Below, in pieces: positions 48,817-59,264 of a stretch of DNA of 64,000 nucleotides. Position numbers and translations under genes: made by a program. Source of the DNA: Candidatus Woesearchaeota archaeon (GTDB lineage: Archaea > Nanobdellota > Nanobdellia > Woesearchaeales > 21-14-0-10-32-9); assembly GCA_021736975.1 (NCBI GenBank), contig JAIPET010000004.1, positions 2,008 to 66,007 of the forward strand, in the 5' to 3' direction. The notes beneath the pieces were generated by a model. It saw nothing but the letters and a program-made list of their open reading frames with translations, ran no database searches and was not told the origin of the DNA. Every line of letters starts with the position of its first letter. Position 1 is the stretch's first letter.

Positions 48817-49767
48817 ATGAAAAAAATAATATTAGTCCTAATGCTTATTGTTATGCTATCATTCTCAGCATGCAATAACAACAATGCAGAAACAGGAGTA
48901 ACAAACACATACATAGGTGGAAGCGAAGGAATAAAAATGGAATTTGCACCAGATGCACCACCAGCAACAACAGCAGATGGAGAACAACAAAACTTTAACA
49001 TCGTAGTTCAATTATCAAACAAAGGAGAATCAGATGTAGAAACAAAAGATGCAAAAGTAACAATAAAAGGATTTTTACCAGAAGCATTTGGAAAAACAAA
49101 AGCAGATCTTGAAATAAACCCTGATGAAAAAATAGAAAAAAGAATAAGAACACCAGACGGCACAATAATAGAACCACCATACATAGAAGCAATAGTAGAA
49201 GACCTAGAATATCAAAATAAAGAACCAGGAAACATAAATCTACCAATCAGAGCAGAAATATGCTACCTATACGAAACAAACGTTGCAACAAAACTATGCA
49301 TAAAAGAAGATATGCTAAAACAAGAAGATGACGACATATGTGAAATAAACTCAAACAGAGACGTATCAAGCAGCGGAGCACCAGTACAAATATCAAAAGT
49401 AAGTCAAACAGGAGCAGGAAGAGACAAAACAAGATTTACATTCACAATAGCGAATGTAGATACAGGAAAAGTATACAAAGAAAACACAGATTGCTCACCA
49501 AGCACAACTAATGAAAACAAAGTATATGCAGAAATACTAGGATTAGAAGGCTCAGAAGTAAAATGTACAGGACTACAAGGCGGAACTAAAGAAGAAAACG
49601 GATATGTAACACTATCAGGCGGAACACCAAGAGACGTAACATGTACAGCAACATTCGCAGAAGACCAAAGAACAGATAGACTACAAACATTCCAAATAAG
49701 ACTAAGCTATAATTACAACGAATTCATCGAACAACCAATAGAAATAGTCTACACACCAGAAGAATAA
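48817..49767 (+). CDS. secreted lipoprotein-like protein, paralog 3 of 3
   Basis: SD GGAGGT upstream. Signal peptide plus SAC. YIGGSEGI and GAPVQIS motifs. Confidence 0.55.
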   Translation: MKKIILVLMLIVMLSFSACNNNNAETGVTNTYIGGSEGIKMEFAPDAPPATTADGEQQNFNIVVQLSNKGESDVETKDAKVTIKGFLPEAFGKTKADLEINPDEKIEKRIRTPDGTIIEPPYIEAIVEDLEYQNKEPGNINLPIRAEICYLYETNVATKLCIKEDMLKQEDDDICEINSNRDVSSSGAPVQISKVSQTGAGRDKTRFTFTIANVDTGKVYKENTDCSPSTTNENKVYAEILGLEGSEVKCTGLQGGTKEENGYVTLSGGTPRDVTCTATFAEDQRTDRLQTFQIRLSYNYNEFIEQPIEIVYTPEE

Positions 49768-49805
49768 ATATTCTTCAATTTTTTCTTTTTTTATTAAATA
49801 AAAAC

Positions 49806-50303
49806 ATGTTCTTAAATAAATTGATTAAAATACGCGAATATAAAAAAGGAGAGTATGAAGAATTCATTTTACCTCTTTGCAAAAAACACATGAAACCCTA
49901 CTTTGATAAACACTTTGGAGGCTGGAATGATAACGCAAATAAAAAACAATTCTTTAATATTCTAAAAAAGGGATATGTTTATTTATTTGAAATAGAAACC
50001 AAACAAACAAACAAAAATATTCTAATCGGATATGCAACATTCATAGAAGAAAAAAATGAAGAAAACAAAAATAAATACACATTAAATGACATACACGTAA
50101 AAGAAGAATTTCAAAAACAAGGATATGGTTCAAAAATGCTTTTATTTGTCGAAAATAAAATAAAAGAATTAAAAGGTACAAAACTAAAAATATTAGTATT
50201 TAAAGACAATAAATCAATAGAATTTTATAAAAAACATAATTACAAAAAAATAAATTTTATAGAAAAAAATGATACAATTGTTTTAGAAAAAGAATTAATA
50301 TAA
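49806..50303 (+). CDS. GNAT-family N-acetyltransferase
   Basis: Motif A QKQGYGSKML. Confidence 0.6.
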   Translation: MFLNKLIKIREYKKGEYEEFILPLCKKHMKPYFDKHFGGWNDNANKKQFFNILKKGYVYLFEIETKQTNKNILIGYATFIEEKNEENKNKYTLNDIHVKEEFQKQGYGSKMLLFVENKIKELKGTKLKILVFKDNKSIEFYKKHNYKKINFIEKNDTIVLEKELI

Positions 50304-50334
50304 AAATATAAATCATGTTAAAAATCAAAGAAAA

Positions 50335-51315
50335 TTAATTTTTAGAATTTAATAAAATAAAGTTTGCTAAAAGAGCTTCTAATTGTATAAATTCATCAGA
50401 TCCTTCAATCATTCTAAATTCTGCCTCGCCACAATGCTTAATCATTTCAAGCTTGATTTGATTATCAGAATCTATACCCCATGCTTCTTGCTGAATTTGT
50501 TTAATAATATCAATACCAGAAAGCCCTTGTTTTAACATAGTGTCTAAAAGTTTCTTTTTAGCATCTTCAAAATTACCTTTAACACAATATTCTAAAACAT
50601 CCCTAATCTCTTTAGGTTCAGCAAAACTAGCAACATCATAAATAAGCTTTTGAGTAATATTAGTTTGAATAGCTGCACTTGATTGCATTAAATTTTCAAG
50701 TCTTCTAACATCTCCACCAGAAACATAAAATAAAGCTTCTTTACCCTCATCATCAATTGTTAAATTTTCAGCTTTAGCGACAGTATCAACAATTTCAAAA
50801 ATTTCATCCTTACTTAAAGGCTTAAACTTAAATACAGTACACCTAGATTGAATTGGATCAATAATTTTAGAAGAATAATTACAACTTAAAATAAAACGAG
50901 TTGTTTGAGTATAATTCTCCATAGTTCTTCTAAGAGCCTGCTGAGCTTCTTTTGTAAGAGCATCACTTTCATCTAAATAAATTATTTTAAAAGGAACATT
51001 CCCAATACTTCTCGTTCTAGCAAAATCTTTAACTTTCTGACGAACAACATCAATACCACGCTCATCACTAGCATTTAATTCTAAGAAGTTTTCTCTCCAA
51101 TTTTCGCCAAACATTTGTCTGACAATAACTAAAGAAAGAGTAGTTTTACCAACTCCCGCAGGACCAGAAAATAAAAGATGAGGCATATTATTAGTTTTAA
51201 CAAACGCTTTAACCCTTGAAACAATTTCTTTTTGACCTTTAACTTCTTCAAAAGTCTTAGGTCTAAATTTCTCTGTCCAAATCGCGCTAATCCCTGAATT
51301 ATCTTGTCCCATCAT
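50335..51315 (-). CDS. rfcS: replication factor C small subunit
   Basis: WTEKFRPKTFEEVKGQKEIV, GPAGVGKTT, DEAD-like LDESD, SRC motif. Confidence 0.9.
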   Translation of the reverse strand: MMGQDNSGISAIWTEKFRPKTFEEVKGQKEIVSRVKAFVKTNNMPHLLFSGPAGVGKTTLSLVIVRQMFGENWRENFLELNASDERGIDVVRQKVKDFARTRSIGNVPFKIIYLDESDALTKEAQQALRRTMENYTQTTRFILSCNYSSKIIDPIQSRCTVFKFKPLSKDEIFEIVDTVAKAENLTIDDEGKEALFYVSGGDVRRLENLMQSSAAIQTNITQKLIYDVASFAEPKEIRDVLEYCVKGNFEDAKKKLLDTMLKQGLSGIDIIKQIQQEAWGIDSDNQIKLEMIKHCGEAEFRMIEGSDEFIQLEALLANFILLNSKN

Positions 51316-51482
51316 TGTATAAAGAACGAATGAACAAGGTTTTATAATTGTTGTGATAAATAATTATTTACAATATAGCAAATAAATAATAAAAAACTTT
51401 AAATACTTATTTCGTTTTTTTAACAAAAAGTAAACTCAAATTTTTGTAAAAAACTACAAAAAACGCGCTTACAGGCCTGAAA

Positions 51483-52229
51483 TTGACTAATACTAGCGAT
51501 AGCTATGTGGAAAATGATGAAAAAAACATACTCGAATTAGTTCAAACTTTAAAACAACAAACAAACAAACCAGAAATAAAACAAATATATGAAATACTAG
51601 AAAAAGCGAAAAAAACAGAAGAAATAGCAAAAAAAACAAACCTAAGCAAAAGAAGAATACAACAAATAATAAAAAAACAAACAGGAAAAACACCGAATCA
51701 AATAAGACAAGAAATAATACACTTAAAACAAAAAAATCTAAAACAAACCAAAAAAATATCTAGCTTAAAACAAATAAGAACAAAAAAATACATTTCAGAA
51801 AGTGAAATAGAAAACATTCTAAACAAAACAAAAAATAAAACAAACCTAACAATAATTCAAACAATTCTAGAAACAGGCTGCACACTAGACGAAATAACAA
51901 ACATAAAAAAAACAGATTTATTTGACAACCAACTAAACATAAATGGACGAATAATAACAATAACAAAACAACTAAAAAAAAACCTGAACAAAATACAAAC
52001 AAAATCAAAATACATATTCTCATCAAGACAATCAGAACAAATAAGCAAAAAAAGAATTTTTCAAATTATAAAGAAAGAAACAAATCAAAACGCACAAATT
52101 CTAAGAAATACCTGCATCGTAAACTTACTTCAAAAAGGAATTTCTAAAGAAAAAATAGTGAAAAAAACAGGCATCAAAAATCTGAGCCTGAGTACATACG
52201 GCATAGGAGAAAAAATAAACCATGACTAG
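51483..52229 (+). CDS. Lys-rich HTH protein with C-terminal degenerate tyrosine-recombinase-like domain
   Basis: Non-ATG start (TTG 51483 or GTG 51507). HTH-like TEEIAKKTNLSKRRIQQI. C-terminus ILETGCTLDEI...ILRNT...LSLSTYGI aligns by eye to recombinase box I/II but lacks most catalytic residues. Confidence 0.45.
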   Translation: MTNTSDSYVENDEKNILELVQTLKQQTNKPEIKQIYEILEKAKKTEEIAKKTNLSKRRIQQIIKKQTGKTPNQIRQEIIHLKQKNLKQTKKISSLKQIRTKKYISESEIENILNKTKNKTNLTIIQTILETGCTLDEITNIKKTDLFDNQLNINGRIITITKQLKKNLNKIQTKSKYIFSSRQSEQISKKRIFQIIKKETNQNAQILRNTCIVNLLQKGISKEKIVKKTGIKNLSLSTYGIGEKINHD

Positions 52230-55200
52230 ATTAAAGAATAAACCGGAAAGTGTACTCTTTAAAATAGTTTTAATTACGATTATGCTAATATTACTAACAT
52301 CCAATGCAACCGCTGATTGGTGGAATCCTGCATGGGAAGAAAGGATAAATCTAAGTATGAACTACACAGGAAATAACCAAACAAATTTCCCAATAGCTGT
52401 GCATCTAAATCAAACCATAATAAACTACAATAAAACAATGGCAAATGGACAAGACATAAGAATGATAGATTGTCAAACAAACCAATCACTAAACTACGAA
52501 ATAGAACTATGGAACAACACAGGAGACTCACTAATATGGGTAAACATACCAACAATAAGTCCAAATAGCTGCATATGGCTATACTACAATAACTCACAAG
52601 CAACAACAAATCAAAGCGCGGCAAATACTTGGAACAGCAATTACGACATAGTATATCACATGACAAATACAGGAATTGACGTATCAGGAAACAACATAAA
52701 CTACAACGGACTAATTGGATCCCCACAAACAACAAAAGAATTTTTAGGATACGGACAAACATTTGACGGCACTAATGCATGGAACATGAAAGACGTATCA
52801 TACTGGGAAATAGAATGGTATGTACGAGCACATGAAGTCGTATTTAAAACTACAAATGACATAACAACAAAACAAACACTACTCGGAGAAGGAGGGGGAA
52901 CAAACGGAGTACTAATGTACATAGACTCAGGAAACTTATACGCAAGATGGTGGAGCGAAACAGCACCAGCCTGGGCAGGAGATCAAATACTCGCGCCAAT
53001 AGAAGAAAATAAAACATATTATGCAATAATGACATTTGCAGAAGATACAGCACCAAACAATTACTCCCTAATACTAAATGGAGTAACGATAGATTCAAGA
53101 GTAACACCTGATGAAATGGACCCCCACACAGGAGATGGAGGCATAGCATACACAGGAACAAATACAAAAGATTACCATGATGGAAATAGTGGAGGAAATT
53201 ACTTTAAAGGAACCATATATGAATTTAGAACAACAAACTCAATATATGACGAAGACTGGTACGCACTACAAAACAAATCAATATTTAACAATTTAATAAA
53301 TTACAACATAGAATCAGGACAAGCAAACTTTAACACAATAAACATAAGCGACACAACATTAAATTATAACCAAACCATAAACATAACCGCGAACATAACA
53401 AGCACAGAGCAAATAAATAAAACATGGCTAGAAATAATAATGCCAGACACCACCAAAATAACAAAATTCCTAACAAAAATATCTCAAGATACATATGAAC
53501 TAATAATACAACTAACAAACCCAGGAATCTACACACTAGAATTATTTGCAAATAATTCACAAGGAAATAATTACTCAACAACATTACAAAATATTGAATT
53601 ATACAACAACATAAAAATAACAAACATCTCAACAACAAACACAAGCATAGACCTAGGAAACAGCGTAAAAATAAATTGCACAATAATAAATAACGATACG
53701 AACTCACCACTAGAAAATTATACAGTTACATATACAAGTAATCAAACAGGATTCTTAGAAAATAAAACAACAAACAATAATGGCATAGCCCAATATACAT
53801 TCATAGACAATACTCTAGGAATAGAAGAAATAACTTGCCATATTAACAATTCACAAGGAAAATATCTAAATACAATAAATCCAAGCAGCATGCAAACAAC
53901 AATAATAACAATACAACCATCAGACTTGACAATATATAATGTGACGCATACAGAATTAGAAGGAATATATCAAAACATAAAAATAAATACAAATATAAAA
54001 ACAGCATTTAATATAACTTATGCAAAAATAAACATAACATTGCCAAATAATGAAATAAAAACAATAAATATGACGCACATAACAGGAGAACTATACGAAG
54101 CAAATTATAACGATACAAAAATAACAGGAAATTATAAATTTAAAATATATGCACAAGACGAAGAACCAAGCACAGACATAAGTCCGGAATTTTCATTTGA
54201 CATAGAAGTTAATTCAAACATAGAAATATATACTGATAAAGAAGCATATGCAAAAAACGAAATAATATTATTATCCTCAAACCCATTAAACTGGTGGGAT
54301 ATAAATTGGAATAATAGAAAAGAAATCACACTAACAGAAAACTCAAATGAAAACCTATACGAATACCAAGTGCCAATAAATGTAAATACGCAAGAACTAA
54401 TAACGCAAGGAAAATTAAGTTCAGATTGCTCAGATATAAGAATGATAAGCATAGATAATGAAGAATTAGATTTCTTTTACGAAGAATACGGACCAAATAA
54501 ATGCAACACAACGCAAACTACAATTTGGACAAAAATGCCAATAATGCTAGCAAATGAAGAAACAACAATATACATATATTATAACAACATAGGTATAGAA
54601 AAAACAAGCAACATATCAAACACATTTAGCTACAATGCGCCAAGAACCATAGGCTATGTACTAAGCGATGTATTAGCCGCTCAAAGTTTATCAGTAATAA
54701 GTTTAGAAGATGATAACGAAGTGCAAGTAAATGCAACAACAAAACAACTAAATAAACAAAACACAACAACATTTCCTGCGAGCTCAATAAACACTCAAAT
54801 AAAAGCTAAAAAAGCAGTACACATAACAAGTCAAGGAGATGGAACTGACATTATAAGTCCAATAAGTCATGCAGGAACAAACTTTTACTATAGATCCGAC
54901 AGATATACAAACAGATTTGCCATGATATCTCCATTTGGAAATGCAAATGTAACAATATATTCATCAGGAACAAAAGTATGGAATGGAATAATAAATGAAA
55001 ATGGATCCGTAATAAATCAAGACATAGTAGATGGAAACACAGTAAAAATAAATTCTACACTCCCTATATTAGTCCAACATATAAGTGATAGCGGAAGCGC
55101 AGATACAGATTCACAACTATTCTACCCTGCAACAACAGACCCACTATACGGCGTGCCAACAAATTATTTACAAATAGGATCCGGTGCAAATGGAGCATAC

Positions 55201-57639
55201 ACAATATTTGCAATAAGTGATGGAACAACAGGAAGCGCGAGCATGACAAATAATCAAAATTATGAATCCGCATCATTAGGAACACAAGGAACTGCACCTG
55301 CATACAAACTAACATCAAATAAACCAATAGGAGCAAATAGTCAAGCAGATTCAGATGGAGTAGAAACAAACACGTTTTGGCCATACAAAGAACTAGGATA
55401 CACCTTTGGAGCAAATGAAATAGTGCAATACATAGCAATAGCTGCACCAGAACCAAACACAACCTGCACAGTATATAACTCTGCAGGAACACAAGTAGAC
55501 CAAAAAACAGGAGGACAAAGAACAGATATAAATAAAATAATATTTGGACTCGTAACAACAGGAGATCACACATGGCAAAATGCAGGATGGCTAATGGAAT
55601 GTAATAAACCAGTATACGCACACTACGAAAAAGAATCAGGCGCATCAAGCGAACCAACAGATGAAACACAACTAATGAGCCACAAACAAATAAGACAATA
55701 TATATACCCCGAACCAACATACACAATCAATACAGAAAAATCCCCTATAATAACAGGACTGCTAAATAATACAGGCGAAACAAACATAACAGGATATTTA
55801 ATTTTAACAATAGAAAAATATGAAAATGAAACTTGGAACACAATATACACCGTATTAAATAACAGTCAAAGCCAAACAAAAACAACACTAGAACCAACAC
55901 AAACAATAGATATTGCAAGCTACTGGAATAGCCAAAATGGATGGAACTCCACAGAAAATCAAGGAACAAACTTTAGAGCCGCGGCATACCTAGTAAACTT
56001 AGATCAAAAAATATTAACAAACCAAAATACATCTCAAATATTAGCAACCCATAATTTCAAACTTGACAAAGATCCGCCAATAATAACACTAATATCGCCA
56101 AATAATAAAACAGGAGATAATGATGGAATATTCCAAATAAAATACTCTGTGAGCGACAATAGCGAAATAAATTTATGCGAAATATATCTGAACTCAGGAT
56201 TATACAGTTCCAGAAACACAATAACTAAAGATTCAACAATAGTAAAAAACACAAATCTAAATCCTGGAAAATACTCATGGTTTGTAAGTTGCATTGACGA
56301 AGCAGAAAACATAGGATACAGCGAAACAAGAAGTATAACTGTATTAAAAACAACAAATTATGACGGAGAAACAACAGATTTAACAAATGCAGATATAACA
56401 AACATACCTAATTTTAAAATCCACAAATCAGGTATTGGAAAAATAATATTCCAAGAAAATGTAGACTTAAGCCAAGGAGGCGACTTAAACAATCTAATAC
56501 AAATACAAAATAATAAAATAACAATAAATACCAATTCATTCCCACAACTAAACAAATCCGCGACACTAACACTATATGATTTAAACTTGCAAAACCCAAT
56601 AATATTAAGAGATGGGATTGCTTGTGATGATTGCACAATAAATACTTATGCGTCAAATAATTTAGAATTCGCAGTACCTCATTTCACTTCGTACTCTGCT
56701 ACAGAAAATTCAGAATTAATAATTTGGGATGATACAGATACAAAAAGAAAAACAGAAAATGAAAAAATATATTTTTATGCAAATTACACAAACAGAACAA
56801 GCAGTCAACCAATAACAGGAATAATATGCACAATAAATGTTAACGGAACATCAGATTCAATGACTTACAATGCAGGAACATACACATATAACAAAACATT
56901 TACACAAGCAAATATATACAACTACACAATTAACTGTGATGGATCACCTCAAGGCTATTCAGAATTAAATGCGACAGATTATGCTAGCATAAATGCTATG
57001 AATGGCCCACTAGGTGCAAATGTAACAACAATAAACTCAGAAAGATATAATATAACAACAACCACAACCCAAATATTGTCCCAAGCAGCAAATGTTACAA
57101 AACTAACCATAAATGCGAGCGCAGTAACAAGTTCATGGCAAGGATACTTCGGAAATATCACAGGAAAACTAAAACTTGAAAATTCAAACGGAGAAACATT
57201 TTATGATTGGAATCTAATAAATCCAAGTGGAGAAATATATGCAACAAGAGCATTTGATGTAAACTTTGCAACAATAAATTGTGCAGACATAACAGACATA
57301 ACAAATGAAGAAAATTTCTTAAATCAAGATCCAAGTAATAGCGACTCAGTAACAAATACATACCATAAAAATAACCATCCCGAATTTTATGTAGGACAAA
57401 AACAAATATTGCAAAATGCTTGCAAAAGTACAAATATAAAAATAAACAATCAAACACAAGAAGTAAACTCGCACCAAATACTATTAAGCGATGCAGCAAA
57501 TAACATAATTTATACATCAACAATAAACACGACAGCCGCATTTAATAACAACACATTTGATTTCCAATTAATAGTCGGAGAACCGGGAAAATATGATCAA
57601 ACAACAACCCCATATTATTTCTTCATAGAAATAAATTAA
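52222..57639 (+). CDS. giant (1805 aa) Asn/Thr-rich secreted cell-surface protein with internal domain duplication and LamG/ConA-like region
   Basis: Signal peptide. Repeated module DWWNPAWEERINL...DIRMID...IWV.IP...YYNN and NWWDINWNNRKEITL...DIRMIS...IWTKMP...YYNN (DUF2341-like). Very many N-x-S/T sequons. Start overlaps the upstream gene by 8 nt. Confidence 0.8.
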   Translation: MTRLKNKPESVLFKIVLITIMLILLTSNATADWWNPAWEERINLSMNYTGNNQTNFPIAVHLNQTIINYNKTMANGQDIRMIDCQTNQSLNYEIELWNNTGDSLIWVNIPTISPNSCIWLYYNNSQATTNQSAANTWNSNYDIVYHMTNTGIDVSGNNINYNGLIGSPQTTKEFLGYGQTFDGTNAWNMKDVSYWEIEWYVRAHEVVFKTTNDITTKQTLLGEGGGTNGVLMYIDSGNLYARWWSETAPAWAGDQILAPIEENKTYYAIMTFAEDTAPNNYSLILNGVTIDSRVTPDEMDPHTGDGGIAYTGTNTKDYHDGNSGGNYFKGTIYEFRTTNSIYDEDWYALQNKSIFNNLINYNIESGQANFNTINISDTTLNYNQTINITANITSTEQINKTWLEIIMPDTTKITKFLTKISQDTYELIIQLTNPGIYTLELFANNSQGNNYSTTLQNIELYNNIKITNISTTNTSIDLGNSVKINCTIINNDTNSPLENYTVTYTSNQTGFLENKTTNNNGIAQYTFIDNTLGIEEITCHINNSQGKYLNTINPSSMQTTIITIQPSDLTIYNVTHTELEGIYQNIKINTNIKTAFNITYAKINITLPNNEIKTINMTHITGELYEANYNDTKITGNYKFKIYAQDEEPSTDISPEFSFDIEVNSNIEIYTDKEAYAKNEIILLSSNPLNWWDINWNNRKEITLTENSNENLYEYQVPINVNTQELITQGKLSSDCSDIRMISIDNEELDFFYEEYGPNKCNTTQTTIWTKMPIMLANEETTIYIYYNNIGIEKTSNISNTFSYNAPRTIGYVLSDVLAAQSLSVISLEDDNEVQVNATTKQLNKQNTTTFPASSINTQIKAKKAVHITSQGDGTDIISPISHAGTNFYYRSDRYTNRFAMISPFGNANVTIYSSGTKVWNGIINENGSVINQDIVDGNTVKINSTLPILVQHISDSGSADTDSQLFYPATTDPLYGVPTNYLQIGSGANGAYTIFAISDGTTGSASMTNNQNYESASLGTQGTAPAYKLTSNKPIGANSQADSDGVETNTFWPYKELGYTFGANEIVQYIAIAAPEPNTTCTVYNSAGTQVDQKTGGQRTDINKIIFGLVTTGDHTWQNAGWLMECNKPVYAHYEKESGASSEPTDETQLMSHKQIRQYIYPEPTYTINTEKSPIITGLLNNTGETNITGYLILTIEKYENETWNTIYTVLNNSQSQTKTTLEPTQTIDIASYWNSQNGWNSTENQGTNFRAAAYLVNLDQKILTNQNTSQILATHNFKLDKDPPIITLISPNNKTGDNDGIFQIKYSVSDNSEINLCEIYLNSGLYSSRNTITKDSTIVKNTNLNPGKYSWFVSCIDEAENIGYSETRSITVLKTTNYDGETTDLTNADITNIPNFKIHKSGIGKIIFQENVDLSQGGDLNNLIQIQNNKITINTNSFPQLNKSATLTLYDLNLQNPIILRDGIACDDCTINTYASNNLEFAVPHFTSYSATENSELIIWDDTDTKRKTENEKIYFYANYTNRTSSQPITGIICTINVNGTSDSMTYNAGTYTYNKTFTQANIYNYTINCDGSPQGYSELNATDYASINAMNGPLGANVTTINSERYNITTTTTQILSQAANVTKLTINASAVTSSWQGYFGNITGKLKLENSNGETFYDWNLINPSGEIYATRAFDVNFATINCADITDITNEENFLNQDPSNSDSVTNTYHKNNHPEFYVGQKQILQNACKSTNIKINNQTQEVNSHQILLSDAANNIIYTSTINTTAAFNNNTFDFQLIVGEPGKYDQTTTPYYFFIEIN

Positions 57640-57870
57640 AACTTTGAAAATTTAATATATTTAAATTGTACAAATAACTTTCTTAAGAACCCTTAAATAT
57701 TAAGAAAAGAACAATTTAATATATTGAAAAATAATACAATCATAATAAATATAAATTACTTATAATAAGTTAAATTAGCTCTGTAAAGAAAAAAATGTTC
57801 ACAGCAAAAGTAAACGGAACCTGGAACCTTTACAAAATCTTAGAAGATAAAGAATAAATTTTTTTATAAT

Positions 57871-58278
57871 TTATAAATATTTTTCACATAATTCTTTTAT
57901 TATTTCTTTAATTTCTTTAAGTGCTGCTTTTGTCACATTTTCCGAAACGGGTTTCCCATAATAATTTATGCCGTTTCTGAGTTTTCTTAATCTATCAAAT
58001 TTGTTTGAAAGAATTATTTCTCCTTTTTCAAGTAAATAATCAGTGTATGCTTCATGAGAATAAATTTTATATCCTTCACTTAAAGCTATAGCTTCCAATA
58101 TTTGACGCAAGGATTCGTATGCTTGACTTAAAATGATTGAAGCAGAATTTTTATCAAGATGGATTTTTTGAACGACCAGAAAATTATTTTTTGACATTTT
58201 TTGAAGAGCTAAAACTTTTTGTGTGTCTGGAATACTCTTTACTACTTTTTTATTTTTAATATACTCCTTAAAACCCAT
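57871..58278 (-). CDS. HEPN-domain protein (toxin-like partner of the upstream nucleotidyltransferase)
   Basis: Helical 135-aa protein with LRKLRNGINYYG (Rx4-6H-like; H replaced by Y). Confidence 0.5.
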   Translation of the reverse strand: MGFKEYIKNKKVVKSIPDTQKVLALQKMSKNNFLVVQKIHLDKNSASIILSQAYESLRQILEAIALSEGYKIYSHEAYTDYLLEKGEIILSNKFDRLRKLRNGINYYGKPVSENVTKAALKEIKEIIKELCEKYL

Positions 58279-58847
58279 TATTTAACCTCTATAAATCCTG
58301 ATAATTTAACTCCATTTATTATGTTGTTAAAAAGTTCTTTGTTTAAATTTTCGAATTCTTTTCGGTTAAAAACAAATAATTGAATTTCTCTACCTAAAAA
58401 TTTCTCAAATTTTTTCAAAGAAACCTCCTTTTTATCATCAGTGATGATGCACAAATCTATATCGCTGTTCTCATTAAAATCCCCTTTAGTAATCGATCCA
58501 AATAAAATTATTGCAGGATATGCATATTTATCTTCTAAAAAATCAATTAGATTTGATTCCAGAATAAATTCAATGAAATAACTAATTTTTCTATGTCTTG
58601 CTTTTTTATTATTTGCATATGAAACAAATTTTTTTTCATCCTTAACAACATCAACAAGATTATTGGCTTTAAGTTCATTCACAGTAGTTATTATTGTATT
58701 TGGATGTAGGTTCGTATTCCTTGCTAATTCTCGTATGTGCATAGGTTCTTTATTTAATAATGTCTTTAATACTATTTCTTCATTATTCCTCATGATGTTT
58801 GTATAAATATTTGTATATATAAATATTTTGTCTATTTTATTGTACAA
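58278..58847 (-). CDS. minimal nucleotidyltransferase (MNT) with N-terminal wHTH
   Basis: GSITKGDFNENSDIDL NTase motif plus HTH. Shares a 1-nt stop/start overlap with the HEPN gene. Confidence 0.6.
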   Translation of the reverse strand: MYNKIDKIFIYTNIYTNIMRNNEEIVLKTLLNKEPMHIRELARNTNLHPNTIITTVNELKANNLVDVVKDEKKFVSYANNKKARHRKISYFIEFILESNLIDFLEDKYAYPAIILFGSITKGDFNENSDIDLCIITDDKKEVSLKKFEKFLGREIQLFVFNRKEFENLNKELFNNIINGVKLSGFIEVK

Positions 58848-59264
58848 GTGTATAAAATATTGTACGCGTTTTTATTTCGATACATCTAGCACATAATTTT
58901 TCTAATTCTTAAATCCGTGTATACACTAAGGTGGTCGCATAATTTTTCAGATAATTCATCCATGAAACCATCTACGTCTTCTGAGTTTATATGCCTTTTA
59001 AATACAAATCATAAAAACCGAATAATATGATTTCGTTCGCCCTATTTGAATGTCAGAAACGCATATTTTTTATTAGGATCTTTATTTTCGTCAATTTTTA
59101 TATTCCTGAAAGTGTTTTTTTGTTACCATAAGCATAAAAAAATTTCTTTATACAAATACCCTCCATCAACAGACATCAAGAAATACTACGATTAAAAAAT
59201 AAAACCCACAAATACATTTGCAAATACAGAAACAATTAAAAACAACTACATAAACTAAACAGTA

